Position numbers and translations under genes: made by a program | Shown here: positions 10,386 through 21,576 of the stretch, one piece after another | Position numbering within the stretch: the first letter of the stretch is position 1 | Layout of the letters: every line of letters starts with the position of its first letter | The notes under the pieces: generated by a model | Database searches by the model: none | Told to the model about the DNA's origin: nothing | Seen by the model: only the letters and a program-made list of their open reading frames with translations | From: Stramenopiles sp. TOSAG23-3 | Taxonomy: Eukaryota | Direction: 5' to 3' | Assembly: GCA_900128585.1 (NCBI GenBank) | Contig: LT642153.1 | Coordinates: 1-62,608, forward strand | Length of the DNA: 62,608 nucleotides

Positions 10386-11127
10386 GTCCCAGTCACCCAG
10401 TTGGAAAGTGAAACTGCTTTTATAGATGTCCACTGTGATGCTATTTCACAAACTGCTCTATTCCACCGAAATCTCTTATTATTATTTATTGATTATTGTC
10501 TCCAACATTACCATTTGCATTTCAAATGCCTAATCGAATGTTCTGTGAGACAAGAATCAATAAGTAAATCGCCCGTCCAACCTCCTCCTCGACCCCGACA
10601 CACCACACAACCAAAGCAAACCACCACAAACCCTCCAGGTTGAAATGCTGTGCGATGTATTTGTGTTTGCTGCTTGGATCAATCATTATTATACTTTGTA
10701 TGATTCTGTATGATGGCCTACCGTACCGAACCCGTGATAACAATATTGGGAAAATACTACCAGGTACCGTAGTATAATAATAAAAGGGCAAGAAGCAAGA
10801 GGTACCACCCTGTGGCCTGTGGACCACGGAAAGAAGTGTTTTATTAATACCAATGACATATGATATTATAGCTCTCTGACTGAAGAGAAGAAGAGAAACA
10901 ACAACTCAAAAATTTAATTTACAACTTCTCTAATACTTTCATCTGTCTGTTGCATCTTGGTATGTTTATGTTATTTAGGCAAGGTACTAATTAGTTCATT
11001 CATATATTGAAATTGCTAAAGATTACGTTGGTTCACAATTCATTGTGAAATCCCCACATAAGGCAGAGGATCACAGATTTTTTTAGCGGCGTGTAGCTGT
11101 CGTGGTTTCGTCCACTCCTGTCTCGAC

Positions 11128-12690
11128 ATGGCGTCTGTGCGTAAAAGTAAGAGAAACGTCACAGGGGAGAAGGCCCTGGGGTCTGGTCATTCGGGTGGCG
11201 TTCCGACGATGGGAGGTGCCCCATCAGTGACCGGGGGGCAAACGAGCAATTGGGCGAAGGTAGTTTCGCGTGGGAAGGGCGGTGCAAGAAGTAGTCCTGG
11301 CGTTCCATGTAATGCAGATGGGAACAGTGAAGGGCTTAGAACTGCCGCGAAAACAAAAGAGCACAGCAAACGAAGCAAGCCTGATAAATACTTTGCCAAA
11401 CAAAAACTGAAAAAGAAAGAAGACAACAGCCTTTTTGCTCACCTTGTAATTGCGAGCAAAAACGCTAGGCAAAACAAGAAGAAAGGAAAAACCAGGGAAT
11501 CAAACCGCCAGTCAAACAACGGAGGAGGAAGTGGGTCATCCCAGTATCGGAAAAAAGCACCAGAAAGATCAAAAAAGAGTGTGGTGATTGTGACCAAGCA
11601 GGAGCTAGAGTATACTCAAAAAGTAGTTCGGGGGGAAACTGTCGGCTCCGATAAAGATGCTGTTGTTCAACGGAAGAAGAAGAAAAAAAGGCCGACTCGC
11701 TTAAAAAAAGCGATCGTTAAGGACAGAAAAGCGCGATGGTTGAATGCAAACCCCATCCTGACTCTGGCAGAAAGGACATGTTTTGATGGAAACCTGTATA
11801 ATGCTGTTGCGCGTGCACTTGACCTGAAGATGCTGGTGCCTTCTTGGGAAGAGCTCTCCTTTTCTAGAAGAACCAAGCTAGAGACCAAAATATTAGATTC
11901 AGTGCGCCCACGAGAAAAAACTGGATTTGAGCAGGTCGCTCAGAGTGACGGAACGAGCGAAAAGGCAGACGCCAAAGGAAAAAAGTCGAAGTTCGTATCG
12001 CCATACCCAAAAGTTCCAAACTCGTTGTACATTCGCGAATACGTACACCAGATTGTCGATAAGGAGTTGGACGGCAAAGTGTCACTATTATTGAAAACTC
12101 TCAATCACTTCCAAGAGAAAATGAGAAAAAGTGACCCTCAAAGAGCTGCCCTGAGGAGGCGGTTGGTGTTCGGGACAAGGGAAGTATTGAAGGCAACCCG
12201 AACCAAGAAAGCGAAGTGTGTCATTGTTGCAACAAACATTGACGAAGGAAGTGCGGCTGGAGGCCTGGACGACGTTGTTTCCAAAATTTTGAAAAATGCT
12301 GAAAGCAATGCTATACCTGTTATTTTCGCACTCCGCCGTCGAACTCTGGGCAGGGCCCTGGGAAAGTCGCTAAAAATGAGTGCTGTTGCTATCTACAATG
12401 CCGATGATGCCAGTGGTACGTATAAGGAAGTTCTGCAGATGGCTGCAGAGTGCAAGAAGCGTTGGGAAATTTTACAGCACCTCAACCCGCAAGCCACGTG
12501 TTTCGTTCCGCCTGATGGCGCATCCAATCAAAATCTCGATAGTAAAGAAAAAGTTAGGGATTCTCTGAGCACCAAAAGTGGAAGTGCACATGAGAACCCG
12601 GCCGCGCCCTATGTCGCAAATGTAGATAAGATAAAGGTGCCCCTGGTTGTTTTTAATCCAAGTGCAGCTGAGTGGACTCCTGGGGTATAA
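11128..12690 (+). CDS. SECISBP2: SECIS-binding protein 2-like (L7Ae domain)
   Basis: K-rich KKRPTRLKKAI segment, then YVHQ...LLKTLNHFQEK...RRRLVFGTREV...GGLDD...IPVIFAL, the extended L7Ae domain typical of SBP2. Confidence 0.85.
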   Translation: MASVRKSKRNVTGEKALGSGHSGGVPTMGGAPSVTGGQTSNWAKVVSRGKGGARSSPGVPCNADGNSEGLRTAAKTKEHSKRSKPDKYFAKQKLKKKEDNSLFAHLVIASKNARQNKKKGKTRESNRQSNNGGGSGSSQYRKKAPERSKKSVVIVTKQELEYTQKVVRGETVGSDKDAVVQRKKKKKRPTRLKKAIVKDRKARWLNANPILTLAERTCFDGNLYNAVARALDLKMLVPSWEELSFSRRTKLETKILDSVRPREKTGFEQVAQSDGTSEKADAKGKKSKFVSPYPKVPNSLYIREYVHQIVDKELDGKVSLLLKTLNHFQEKMRKSDPQRAALRRRLVFGTREVLKATRTKKAKCVIVATNIDEGSAAGGLDDVVSKILKNAESNAIPVIFALRRRTLGRALGKSLKMSAVAIYNADDASGTYKEVLQMAAECKKRWEILQHLNPQATCFVPPDGASNQNLDSKEKVRDSLSTKSGSAHENPAAPYVANVDKIKVPLVVFNPSAAEWTPGV

Positions 12691-12870
12691 TTACGAATTA
12701 CGAGGGGAGGGGTTTTAGACACAGTGAAAACCGCATTAATGCGTAACAAATAAGGGGTTTAAAGGAGTAAAACGAACTTACGCTTTACGAGTAGAAAATA
12801 ATTAACGGAGTGTACACAACTAAAATATGTTATTCCTCGCGCACTTCGCAAACGCGCACACACGTTTTCC

Positions 12871-13341
12871 CTATAGCCTAAGCGTTCCCGACATAAGTGC
12901 CCCTCTGATTAACTTTTGAGATTGCACATGCTTTGTCGCTGCAGATAATTTTACGGGCGAATGATGAGCACTTTGCCACTCTAGTGTTTTTACAAGTCGG
13001 GGGTATAGCGCATCCTTGTTCTTTAACGTAAACATTCCACTCTGTTTAATGACCGATTCTTTCATTGTTTCAACCTCTTCCGATAGTGAGCGTTGCAGAG
13101 CTAGTGCATCTTTCTCTTCGTCTATCGCTTTCCGCTGTATCTCGGCGTTTTTCTCACCAGTGTCTGCAGGTACCATTCCATGGATATTATCAACTAGAGT
13201 TCTGGTTGTTGCATCCAGGTTATCAGCGCTTACACTGCCAACATTTTGGCCAAGCACGTTCTTTCTATCAAAAATACAAACACTTATATACACTAAAAAA
13301 AAGAAGACAGACGGTGCACCCTTCCTTCTTTGAAAAGACAT
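12871..13341 (-). CDS. Small hypothetical protein with N-terminal hydrophobic segment
   Basis: 156-aa ATG ORF with coding-like composition and a signal-like FFFLVYISVCIF stretch. Confidence 0.55.
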   Translation of the reverse strand: MSFQRRKGAPSVFFFLVYISVCIFDRKNVLGQNVGSVSADNLDATTRTLVDNIHGMVPADTGEKNAEIQRKAIDEEKDALALQRSLSEEVETMKESVIKQSGMFTLKNKDALYPRLVKTLEWQSAHHSPVKLSAATKHVQSQKLIRGALMSGTLRL

Positions 13342-14090
13342 GCGGAATACCTGACCTGAGCACGTGGAAAGTACGCCGCTACCCCTGCCTTTGGCTGTGA
13401 AACAGGGTGGGTGTAAACAACTCTTTCTGAAAATAAAATGAAATTTGGGACTGATGCCAGATAATTGTTGAACAGTGTGCAGGCCTTTTTTAGTTCTTTC
13501 AGCTAGTAGTCGGCTTTGTTTTAATTATTTACTTCTTTCTTATTACTTCGGTCATTCGGTCGCCCTTCTTCTTCTTGCTGCTGCCGCACAATGTAATCAT
13601 CCTCCCGGCCGCCCCCCCCCCGCCCCCCATTCCGTTTTTTTTGTTTTTCCTTCTTGCTGTTGTTGTGTTAGGTATATTGTTGTTAATAATAATTTGTGTA
13701 TGTATTATTTTCCTTAATTCTAATCTCTTGTTCAGCCCATCAGTTTTTCGCTCATCGTCGAATTTTTTTTGATGCTTCGTTGGCTTTGGTTGTTTTGTTG
13801 CTGCTTATGTTGAAGAAATAAAATTAGTTGTTTATATATTAGCTATATTAAGGCATATAATATTGTAAAAAATGCGGCATCGGGTTTTTCTTTTTTTTTC
13901 TTCCTCCTCCTCCTCCTCTCTCCCCCTCTCTTCTTCTCTTCTTTTTTTTGTGATTTTTTTTCACGAATTCAAATTGAAATTAAACCATAAAACACACAAA
14001 CTAAAAATCAATCGCGATAAACTTTTACTCTAAATTTAAGTTTTAGCTTTAATCCACGATCGTTTTTCCACGAAGGATATAAAAAGATAA

Positions 14091-15185
14091 ATGAAGAAGA
14101 GTCGTCTACAAAATCCGCACGTGCGTAAAATATGCCGCCCAAGACTTTTTTGCCCGAATGCCGTTTGTACCAACTCTGGTGGGTTTAAGGAGCTGCTGCG
14201 AGCTCGTTCTGGAGACTGTTACACTTTTGAATGCGCCACATGCAATGCTTGCCTTTCAGTATGTCCGTCCTGCTCGGCATTGATTCAAATAAAGTCAGCT
14301 AGCCTGGAAATTTGCCAATGCCATAGCTGTGGATTCTTGTCGCCTCGAGAACCACAGTTGTGTGTGTTTCTCGGCTTATCACCACTTCGACCGCTGGAAA
14401 GAAAACGAAAACGACGGTCGCAGCGAGCCATAAGCGAAGAAAGGGTGATAAATCTAAGTTTTCGCAAATCCCAATGTGACCGTAATGAAAATAATTCTCC
14501 GGGTAACCGATCCACCGCAAGACTAAGAAAAAAAACAGAGTTTTCGATCGGCACCAACGCTTCTTTACAAAAAAGGAAGCAGTTATTATGGTTTGAAAAA
14601 TGCGTCGACCCTTTGATTAGGCAGATGGATATAAATCATTTCAAAAAGAGTCCTTGCATTGTTTTTTCTTCCGAGATGGTCGAACTGCTACGTTGTGGAA
14701 AACAACTCGGCTATGGCGAGGCGGAAAATGGTTTAAAAGGTGATGTTGAAAATCTTTCGAAAAGATTTTTCGAAGACTTGCCAAATATGTTGAAATTGCG
14801 GGAAACTATTTTAAAGGAGCCCCTCTGTAATCACGTAGGGAACACATTGGCTATTCATAATCATTCCACGGGCCGATGGAAACATTTAGTAGGACTATTG
14901 GGTGAACAAAATAGAAACTTCGAACATAAAATACAGGAATGGCAATCTTTAAAAAATGTGTATTTGCCTTTGCTTGACGCTATAAACAAATATTTGAAAT
15001 TTCTCTTCACTCGCGTGAAATATTTTCTCACGGGCGCAGAAGGATCAGTGCTTCCCGAAGACATAGGTTACAGTCCTTCTACTAGGCTTGTTGGTCATAA
15101 TGGTACCTTGCAACTTTGCAAACTCCAAGTTTCGCTGCTGCAAAAGCTTTACAGGACTGTGGGCAGCGTGATGCGTACAAAATAA
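14091..15185 (+). CDS. Hypothetical protein with N-terminal Cys-rich zinc-ribbon-like region
   Basis: CPNAVC, CATC, CPSC and CHSC pairs in the first 80 aa of a 364-aa ORF. Confidence 0.7.
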   Translation: MKKSRLQNPHVRKICRPRLFCPNAVCTNSGGFKELLRARSGDCYTFECATCNACLSVCPSCSALIQIKSASLEICQCHSCGFLSPREPQLCVFLGLSPLRPLERKRKRRSQRAISEERVINLSFRKSQCDRNENNSPGNRSTARLRKKTEFSIGTNASLQKRKQLLWFEKCVDPLIRQMDINHFKKSPCIVFSSEMVELLRCGKQLGYGEAENGLKGDVENLSKRFFEDLPNMLKLRETILKEPLCNHVGNTLAIHNHSTGRWKHLVGLLGEQNRNFEHKIQEWQSLKNVYLPLLDAINKYLKFLFTRVKYFLTGAEGSVLPEDIGYSPSTRLVGHNGTLQLCKLQVSLLQKLYRTVGSVMRTK

Positions 15186-15323
15186 TGATTGCCAATAACA
15201 GGGTAGACATAGTAATTTAAATAATAACAACCTTATTTTGATCTCTATTATCTTAAAAGGCGCTGTTAAAACGTTTTCCGAAAATCCAAACTATTCCCAA
15301 CTGCATAGACGGGTGTAGAACAT

Positions 15324-17282
15324 TCATAAGGCATGATCAAAGCTAAATTCTTCTTCTTTCATCGACATTACACTATTGATTGGTGCATGCATTGTAAGCT
15401 TGTGCGATGCAACTCTTGGGAAAATGTTTTCGAAGTAAAATTCTGCAGACTTCATCTTTGCCTCGTAAAAGGCTTGGTCGCCTTCTCCGGATGCAATCTT
15501 TTTTGCCGCTGCCTCTTCCATTTTCAACCAGTGGTGGCCCATATTTATGTAGCCTGCAACCATCAAGTAATCTTGGGATGCCAAGCCTATGCAGTCACGG
15601 TTAGATTGTCCTTTGGAGGCAATCCTGTAGGTATTGAAGTGTAAACTTGCGGTCTCTTTCAACAGCCGCCATGCATGGCTCTTCACGGAGGATGATGCGC
15701 CACTAAACATGAGATCCTTGCAATCCTTGTACAACAGCGAGCAGTGGTAATTTATTGGCTTCAATTTCCCTTCCAACAAAATTTTTCGTCCCAACAAGTC
15801 CAATGCCTGAATTTGGGTCGTCCCTTCCCAGACAGCACTAATGCGGGAATCACGCACAATTTGTTCTTGGCGGTTGCTCTTGATGTAGCCATGCCCCCCG
15901 TATACTTGAATACCCATGTTGGCAGCTTCGACGCCAACTTCAGTTAAAAACCCTTTCAAAATAGGCGTTAAGAACCCGAGGCGGTCTTCAAGCGCTTTTG
16001 CGTTTGCGTCGTCTCCGCGCGCTTCGGCTTCCAACCGTTCGTCGTTGATGAGTCCGCATTCGTACACCATGCTACGCCCTGCCTCTGCAATAACTTTCTG
16101 CGTAAGCAGAAGGCGCCGTACAGTAGGGTGCACGATAATAGGATCGGCAGGGCCATCCGGGTTCTTCTTCCCGCTCAACGACCGCATCGCCAAACGCTCT
16201 TTTGCGTACCACAACGCGCCTTGATACGACAGCTCGGCCGCGGCCACCCCTTGAACCGCTGTTCCAACACGGGACGTGTTAATGAAAGTAAACATATGGT
16301 TCAAACCTCGGTTTTCTTCACCAAGCATGTACCCCTCTGCATCTTCAAAATTGATCTCGCAAGTAGACGAGCCGTGGCATCCCATCTTATCTTCGATTCG
16401 TCCGATTTTGCAGCCATTCAACTCTCCCACTTCGCCCGCCTCAGAAACGAGGCGCTTTGGGACCAGAAATAGGGATATGCCTTTTGTGCCTTCTGGGGCG
16501 TCCGGCAGTCTTGCCAGAACGCAATGCATGATGTTATCTGTCAGATCATGCTCTCCACATGAGATGAATATTTTTGTGCCAGTGAGCTTGTAAGTTCCGT
16601 CTTCTTGGGGAACTGCCTTGGTGGATACTTGTCCCAAGTCAGAGCCACATTGGGGTTCAGTTAAACACATCGTGCCAGTCCATTCGCCAGATACCAGACG
16701 CGCCAAATATTTGTCTTTTAGTTCGTCAGATGCATGAGACACCATGGTGTTTATACACCCTTTGCTTAACCCTGGGTACATTGTCCAGGTGAAATTTGCT
16801 GTTGCAGCCATGTCCGCTGCAAAAAGGCTTAGGGAGTACGGGAGACCCTGGCCACCGTACTCTTCAGAGTTGCTTAAACCCTGCCATCCGCCCTCGACAT
16901 AAATATCGTATGCCTCTTTGTATCCCGGAGGTGTTTTCACGGTGTGTTCGTCGATCCATTCGCACCCATGCTCGTCCCCAACGGCATTTAAGGGCCCAAG
17001 CGTTTCCTCGCAGAACGAAGCGTGGGCCTCCATTACTTGCATGACAAACTCGGAGTCCACTTCGGAGCCACCGGTGTGCTCCATCTTTTTATAGTGCGAT
17101 TCCACATCGAATACATCATTCAGGACAAAGTTCATTTCTTTCAACGGGGCCCTGTAATTTCCGTCCATTGCGATCGAGGTTGTCTGAAAGCCACGTGGTG
17201 ATATAGAGGCCGCTGCCGGCTGCCTTGGAAGAAAAGGCTTTTGGCCCACCTTGAACCGTCGGCCTATCGCTCGAAAAAACAT
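15324..17282 (-). CDS. Acyl-CoA dehydrogenase, bacterial FadE/DmdC-like long type, with a mitochondrial-type presequence
   Basis: YRAPLKEM, GTMCLTEPQCGSDLG, GTKIFIS, QVYGGHGYI and WEGTTQIQALDL motifs; Arg-rich, acid-free N-terminus. Confidence 0.92.
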   Translation of the reverse strand: MFFRAIGRRFKVGQKPFLPRQPAAASISPRGFQTTSIAMDGNYRAPLKEMNFVLNDVFDVESHYKKMEHTGGSEVDSEFVMQVMEAHASFCEETLGPLNAVGDEHGCEWIDEHTVKTPPGYKEAYDIYVEGGWQGLSNSEEYGGQGLPYSLSLFAADMAATANFTWTMYPGLSKGCINTMVSHASDELKDKYLARLVSGEWTGTMCLTEPQCGSDLGQVSTKAVPQEDGTYKLTGTKIFISCGEHDLTDNIMHCVLARLPDAPEGTKGISLFLVPKRLVSEAGEVGELNGCKIGRIEDKMGCHGSSTCEINFEDAEGYMLGEENRGLNHMFTFINTSRVGTAVQGVAAAELSYQGALWYAKERLAMRSLSGKKNPDGPADPIIVHPTVRRLLLTQKVIAEAGRSMVYECGLINDERLEAEARGDDANAKALEDRLGFLTPILKGFLTEVGVEAANMGIQVYGGHGYIKSNRQEQIVRDSRISAVWEGTTQIQALDLLGRKILLEGKLKPINYHCSLLYKDCKDLMFSGASSSVKSHAWRLLKETASLHFNTYRIASKGQSNRDCIGLASQDYLMVAGYINMGHHWLKMEEAAAKKIASGEGDQAFYEAKMKSAEFYFENIFPRVASHKLTMHAPINSVMSMKEEEFSFDHAL

Positions 17283-19029
17283 GTCAAGAGGGGAGGGGGG
17301 GGGAGCGGGGTGAAAGTTTGAGTGTGTTGTGGAAACTAGGGATGGTACTTCGCAGTAAGCAGATTCTTACCAAAATGCTGGGTTTCTAGGTGAAAGATTA
17401 GCGAAATACGGTGTACTTTGCGGATTGCGTATCCATATCTAACTACTTGCGTTATACCACAGACCCGGAGAGCATAAACAGTAAAATGCGTCGCATGCGT
17501 CGTAACGAAAGAAAGGAGGAGGATGATGGAAAGGAGGAAGAGGGGAAGACTGACTCTGACCACGAAGTAATAGTATTATTAGTCAAAGCGTCAGTACGTA
17601 CTTATAATTCGTATATATAATTATAAATATTTCTAAAAAAATTATAATTACATGTACACATCATATAAATTCAGCTTTTTTCGCCGTTTTGTTTTCGCTG
17701 TAGTTTTATTTTAGCCCTATATAGAGCTACTAGACTATGTATTAATGTACATATGATGAAGCGTTTAGAGAGTGGATGCCATCGATAATTCCAATAATAA
17801 TTTAATAATTATTTTAAATCATAATACACATAATTACTTAACATATAATTTCATAATTTATATTTTTATATACTAATAATGTGTTTTGTTTCTAAAACTG
17901 AAAGTTAATATTAAGGGAATTGAATCTTCATTATTCTTCACAGTTGAGAAGTTCGAAAGTTTTTGTTGTTCTCACTGTATCGTATCCATTTTTCCACTTG
18001 CTTTTGCTGTCCAACACCTACACTTTTTTTTAAATTTATAATAACAATTTTTTACATGCTGTACTTACATTTTTATTGTTACTTAGACGACTGTATCTAT
18101 CGGTATTATTATACGCACGTCTTTTTAAGATTTTTTTTTCCGTCCGTCTCGTCCCTCGTCCCTCGTCCCGTCCGTCCATCCCTGACTATTTTATTATTAT
18201 TTTATCGAAATGTATTATAATAAATAGTAGTACTACTATATTTATATAAGCTATTTATTAACAAATAATTTTTTGCCTATTTCTTCAGCAATATTTTAGA
18301 TTATTATTTATTATAGACTATGTACTAATAATACAGTACTAGAACAGAGACGACCGGTCATCGTAGTCGTCTTTCATCATTTTTTAGCTCATAATACATC
18401 TACGTAGTCTTCTATCTATCTATCTCCTCCATCCTACCTCCACCTGTAAAAAAATTTAAAAAAAAACACGCACGAGCTGCTAATGCTAATTAATGCGCAC
18501 AATTTTTTGTTTCTGTTCCTTGCTATTTCAATATTAATATTGTTTTAATATAGGCATTATTATCATTCTAAAATATGCACCCTATCTACTTAGTTATCTT
18601 CTTCATTATATCTTAACACTATATAATTTTATCTCTACGGTAGATTACAATAAGTATACTACTATATAGAAGTACTATTTTTTAGTCGTCTTCTATCTAT
18701 TGAAATTTGCTTATTGCTAGAATGCATGATGCAGCAACAAAAACAGCAAATAATAAAAAAAAAAAAAAAAATTATAATAATATATTTCTTCATCATCGTC
18801 GAAAAAAAAAAATATACAATAATAATAATTATTATTAGTTAATAATTGTATTAGAGTCTATATATTTGTACATTGCTGTTAGTATTTTATTAACGGGTGG
18901 AAGGGATGAAATATAAATCAAAGAAATTGCAGAGAAAAACGTTGTGCCTATAAATTACAACGTCAACCACTACTGCATTGTTTTTCTCCTTCTCCTTTCT
19001 TTCCAAAGTTGCTGAAGTCGACAAGAACC

Positions 19030-21282
19030 ATGACCGATAACAATGAAATAATAACTTTCGAGACCGGATGGGGCAATATTGTGCCGCAGCTGGATCGTTT
19101 GAAAACTATGTTGCAGACGGACTACAAAGACAACAAGCAGAAATCGTTTGACAAAAAATCTTACATGAAGGTGTACACTTCCGTGTATAACATGTGCACG
19201 CAGAGGCAGCCTCACAATTGGTCTGAACGTTTGTACGAGCGACACGGATCAACAATCAGAGACTACTTGAGGAAAGTCGTATTGCCGCAGATGCAGCAAG
19301 CTGATGCCAAAAATCTACTTTTGCAACTTCAGCGGCACTGGAAAAACCACAAAGTCATGAACAAGTGGATGCGACTGTTTTTCACTTACCTCGACCGGTT
19401 TTACGTGTTGCACCACTCTTTGCAATCGCTGGAAGATGTGGGGACACAGGCGTTCCGAACCGATCTGTACGACAAAGTAAAGAGTGCCGTGGCGGCCGAA
19501 GTGTTGGGATTGATTGAGGAAGACCGGAACAACAGGCCCGTGGACTTCGCGCTTTTGAGAAATATCGTGTCCGTCTTTGAAGCCATGGGCATGGGCACGA
19601 CTAATATATACCAATCTGATCTAGAAGAACCGTTCCTGAAAGTTTCACGAGAGTTTTATAGCACCAAAGGTGTCGAGTGGGTCACCACGGACGACACGCC
19701 GTCGTACATGAAGAAAACGGAGCAAGCCCTTGCAAATGAAGCTGGACGAGTCAAGGAGTACATGATTGGAATGACGGAGTCCAAAATTTTGAAAGTGTTG
19801 GAAGACGAGCTTCTAAAAAAGCACGAGATTGCATTGTTGGAAAAGGAGGGTAGCGGGTGCAAGGCATTGCTTGAGAACGAGTCCCTAGAGCACTTGAATC
19901 GAATGTATCGTCTGTTTCTCAGAATACCGGATGGCCTTCTGCCGATGGCCGCCTGTATAAAATCGCACATTGAAGAAAAGGGGGTGGGGGTCATCAACGA
20001 TCGCGCGCATGAAATCAAAGAGAGTGGAAAGGATAGTACGTCCGACCCCGCTTTTGTTCAAAATTTGATGGGTCTTCACGAAAAGTTTAAGTCCATCATC
20101 GAGCAGCAGTTTGATTCTAACGCACTGTTTCAGAAGGCCATGAAGGAAGCGTTTGAAGTCTTCGTAAACCGTGACGCCGGGTCACACTCCAACGCAGAAA
20201 TGCTTGCTTGCTACTGCGATAGGTTCTTAAAATCGGGAGGTGATAGGCTTACGGAGAAGCAAGTTGAGGAAGAGCTGGACAAAGTCGTGCAGCTGTTTAC
20301 ATTCTTGCAAGACAAGGACATGTTTGGTGAAATTTACCGTAATTTACTAGCTAAGCGGTTGCTGAACCATCGGTCGGCCAGTGATGATGCCGAGAAAAGC
20401 ATGATTGGCAAGCTAAAACTGCGCTGCGGCGCGCAGTTTACTCAAAAAATGGAAGGTATGATAAATGATTTAGCCATTGGTAAAGATCATCAAGAGAAGT
20501 TTAGTAGCACTCCCGAGATGTCCCAGCTATCCCCCGACTTCTCTGTACAAGTGTTAACGACAGGATTTTGGCCGTCGTATGTTACCTTCGAAATGGAACT
20601 TCCTACCACGTTGCAGGCTTGCGTCGATGCCTTTCAATCGTACTACGAAAAAGATACAAACCATAGAAAGCTCAAATGGGTATACTCTCTAGGGAGCAGC
20701 AACGTGCGCATGTCTTTGAAAGACAAGAAAGGGAAGAAAGCCAATTTTGATCTGGCAGTGTCGACTCTGCAAGCATCGGTATTGGTCATGTTTCATGACT
20801 TTGAAGGAGAACTGTCATTCGAAGAAGTCAGCGCCAAACTGAACGTACAAGCGGGAAGGGACGCTTCCGTTGCCAAGTCGATAGTGAAGAAGACCCTCCA
20901 CTCGTTGTCTTGCGGGAAACACAAAGTTTTAAAGAAGAATCCGAAGGGTAAAAGCATCAACTCGAACGACCGGTTTAGTGCAAACGCAAGTTTCAAATCC
21001 AGAACGACTCGGATCCGTATTCCGATGGCATCTTTGGAAAGTTCGCACAACGCGAAAAAAATTGAAGAGGATCGAACCCATACCATCGAAGCTGCCATAG
21101 TGCGAATCATGAAGACCAGGAAAGAAATGCAGCACAGTCTTTTAATTTCAGAAGTTGTACAACAATTGATATTTTTTAAGCCAGCCCCAAAAGCTGTAAA
21201 GCGGTGCATTGAAAATCTGATTGACCGAGAATATTTAGAAAGGCACGAGAGCCAACCAGGTCACTATCGTTACTTAGCATGA
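19030..21282 (+). CDS. Cullin (CUL1-like)
   Basis: YMKVYTSVYNMCTQ, FTYLDRFYV, LAKRLL, VLTTGFWP and the neddylation domain IEAAIVRIMKTRK...LIDREYLER. Confidence 0.97.
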   Translation: MTDNNEIITFETGWGNIVPQLDRLKTMLQTDYKDNKQKSFDKKSYMKVYTSVYNMCTQRQPHNWSERLYERHGSTIRDYLRKVVLPQMQQADAKNLLLQLQRHWKNHKVMNKWMRLFFTYLDRFYVLHHSLQSLEDVGTQAFRTDLYDKVKSAVAAEVLGLIEEDRNNRPVDFALLRNIVSVFEAMGMGTTNIYQSDLEEPFLKVSREFYSTKGVEWVTTDDTPSYMKKTEQALANEAGRVKEYMIGMTESKILKVLEDELLKKHEIALLEKEGSGCKALLENESLEHLNRMYRLFLRIPDGLLPMAACIKSHIEEKGVGVINDRAHEIKESGKDSTSDPAFVQNLMGLHEKFKSIIEQQFDSNALFQKAMKEAFEVFVNRDAGSHSNAEMLACYCDRFLKSGGDRLTEKQVEEELDKVVQLFTFLQDKDMFGEIYRNLLAKRLLNHRSASDDAEKSMIGKLKLRCGAQFTQKMEGMINDLAIGKDHQEKFSSTPEMSQLSPDFSVQVLTTGFWPSYVTFEMELPTTLQACVDAFQSYYEKDTNHRKLKWVYSLGSSNVRMSLKDKKGKKANFDLAVSTLQASVLVMFHDFEGELSFEEVSAKLNVQAGRDASVAKSIVKKTLHSLSCGKHKVLKKNPKGKSINSNDRFSANASFKSRTTRIRIPMASLESSHNAKKIEEDRTHTIEAAIVRIMKTRKEMQHSLLISEVVQQLIFFKPAPKAVKRCIENLIDREYLERHESQPGHYRYLA

Positions 21283-21576
21283 AAGAAAACACCGGCCAAT
21301 TCTGGTTTCAAAAAGACAGAGAGCAGCATTTTGAAGAAGAAGTTCCGTACGAGAAGAAGGAGTGTGTGTTCAAAAATAATATTTTTAAAAGAGGTGGCAA
21401 GTAGGACTATCATAATTAATAATCAAATAACGAAAACAGCATATATATAGTAGTGGTAGTAAATACAGGTAAATAGTATGATGGAAATGAAGAATTAGTG
21501 TTGTGCTCCACCAGCCCTCCTCCTCGCTCTTTATTTAGACACAAAACCTTAATCTTCAGAATCGGCGGCGCGTCCG

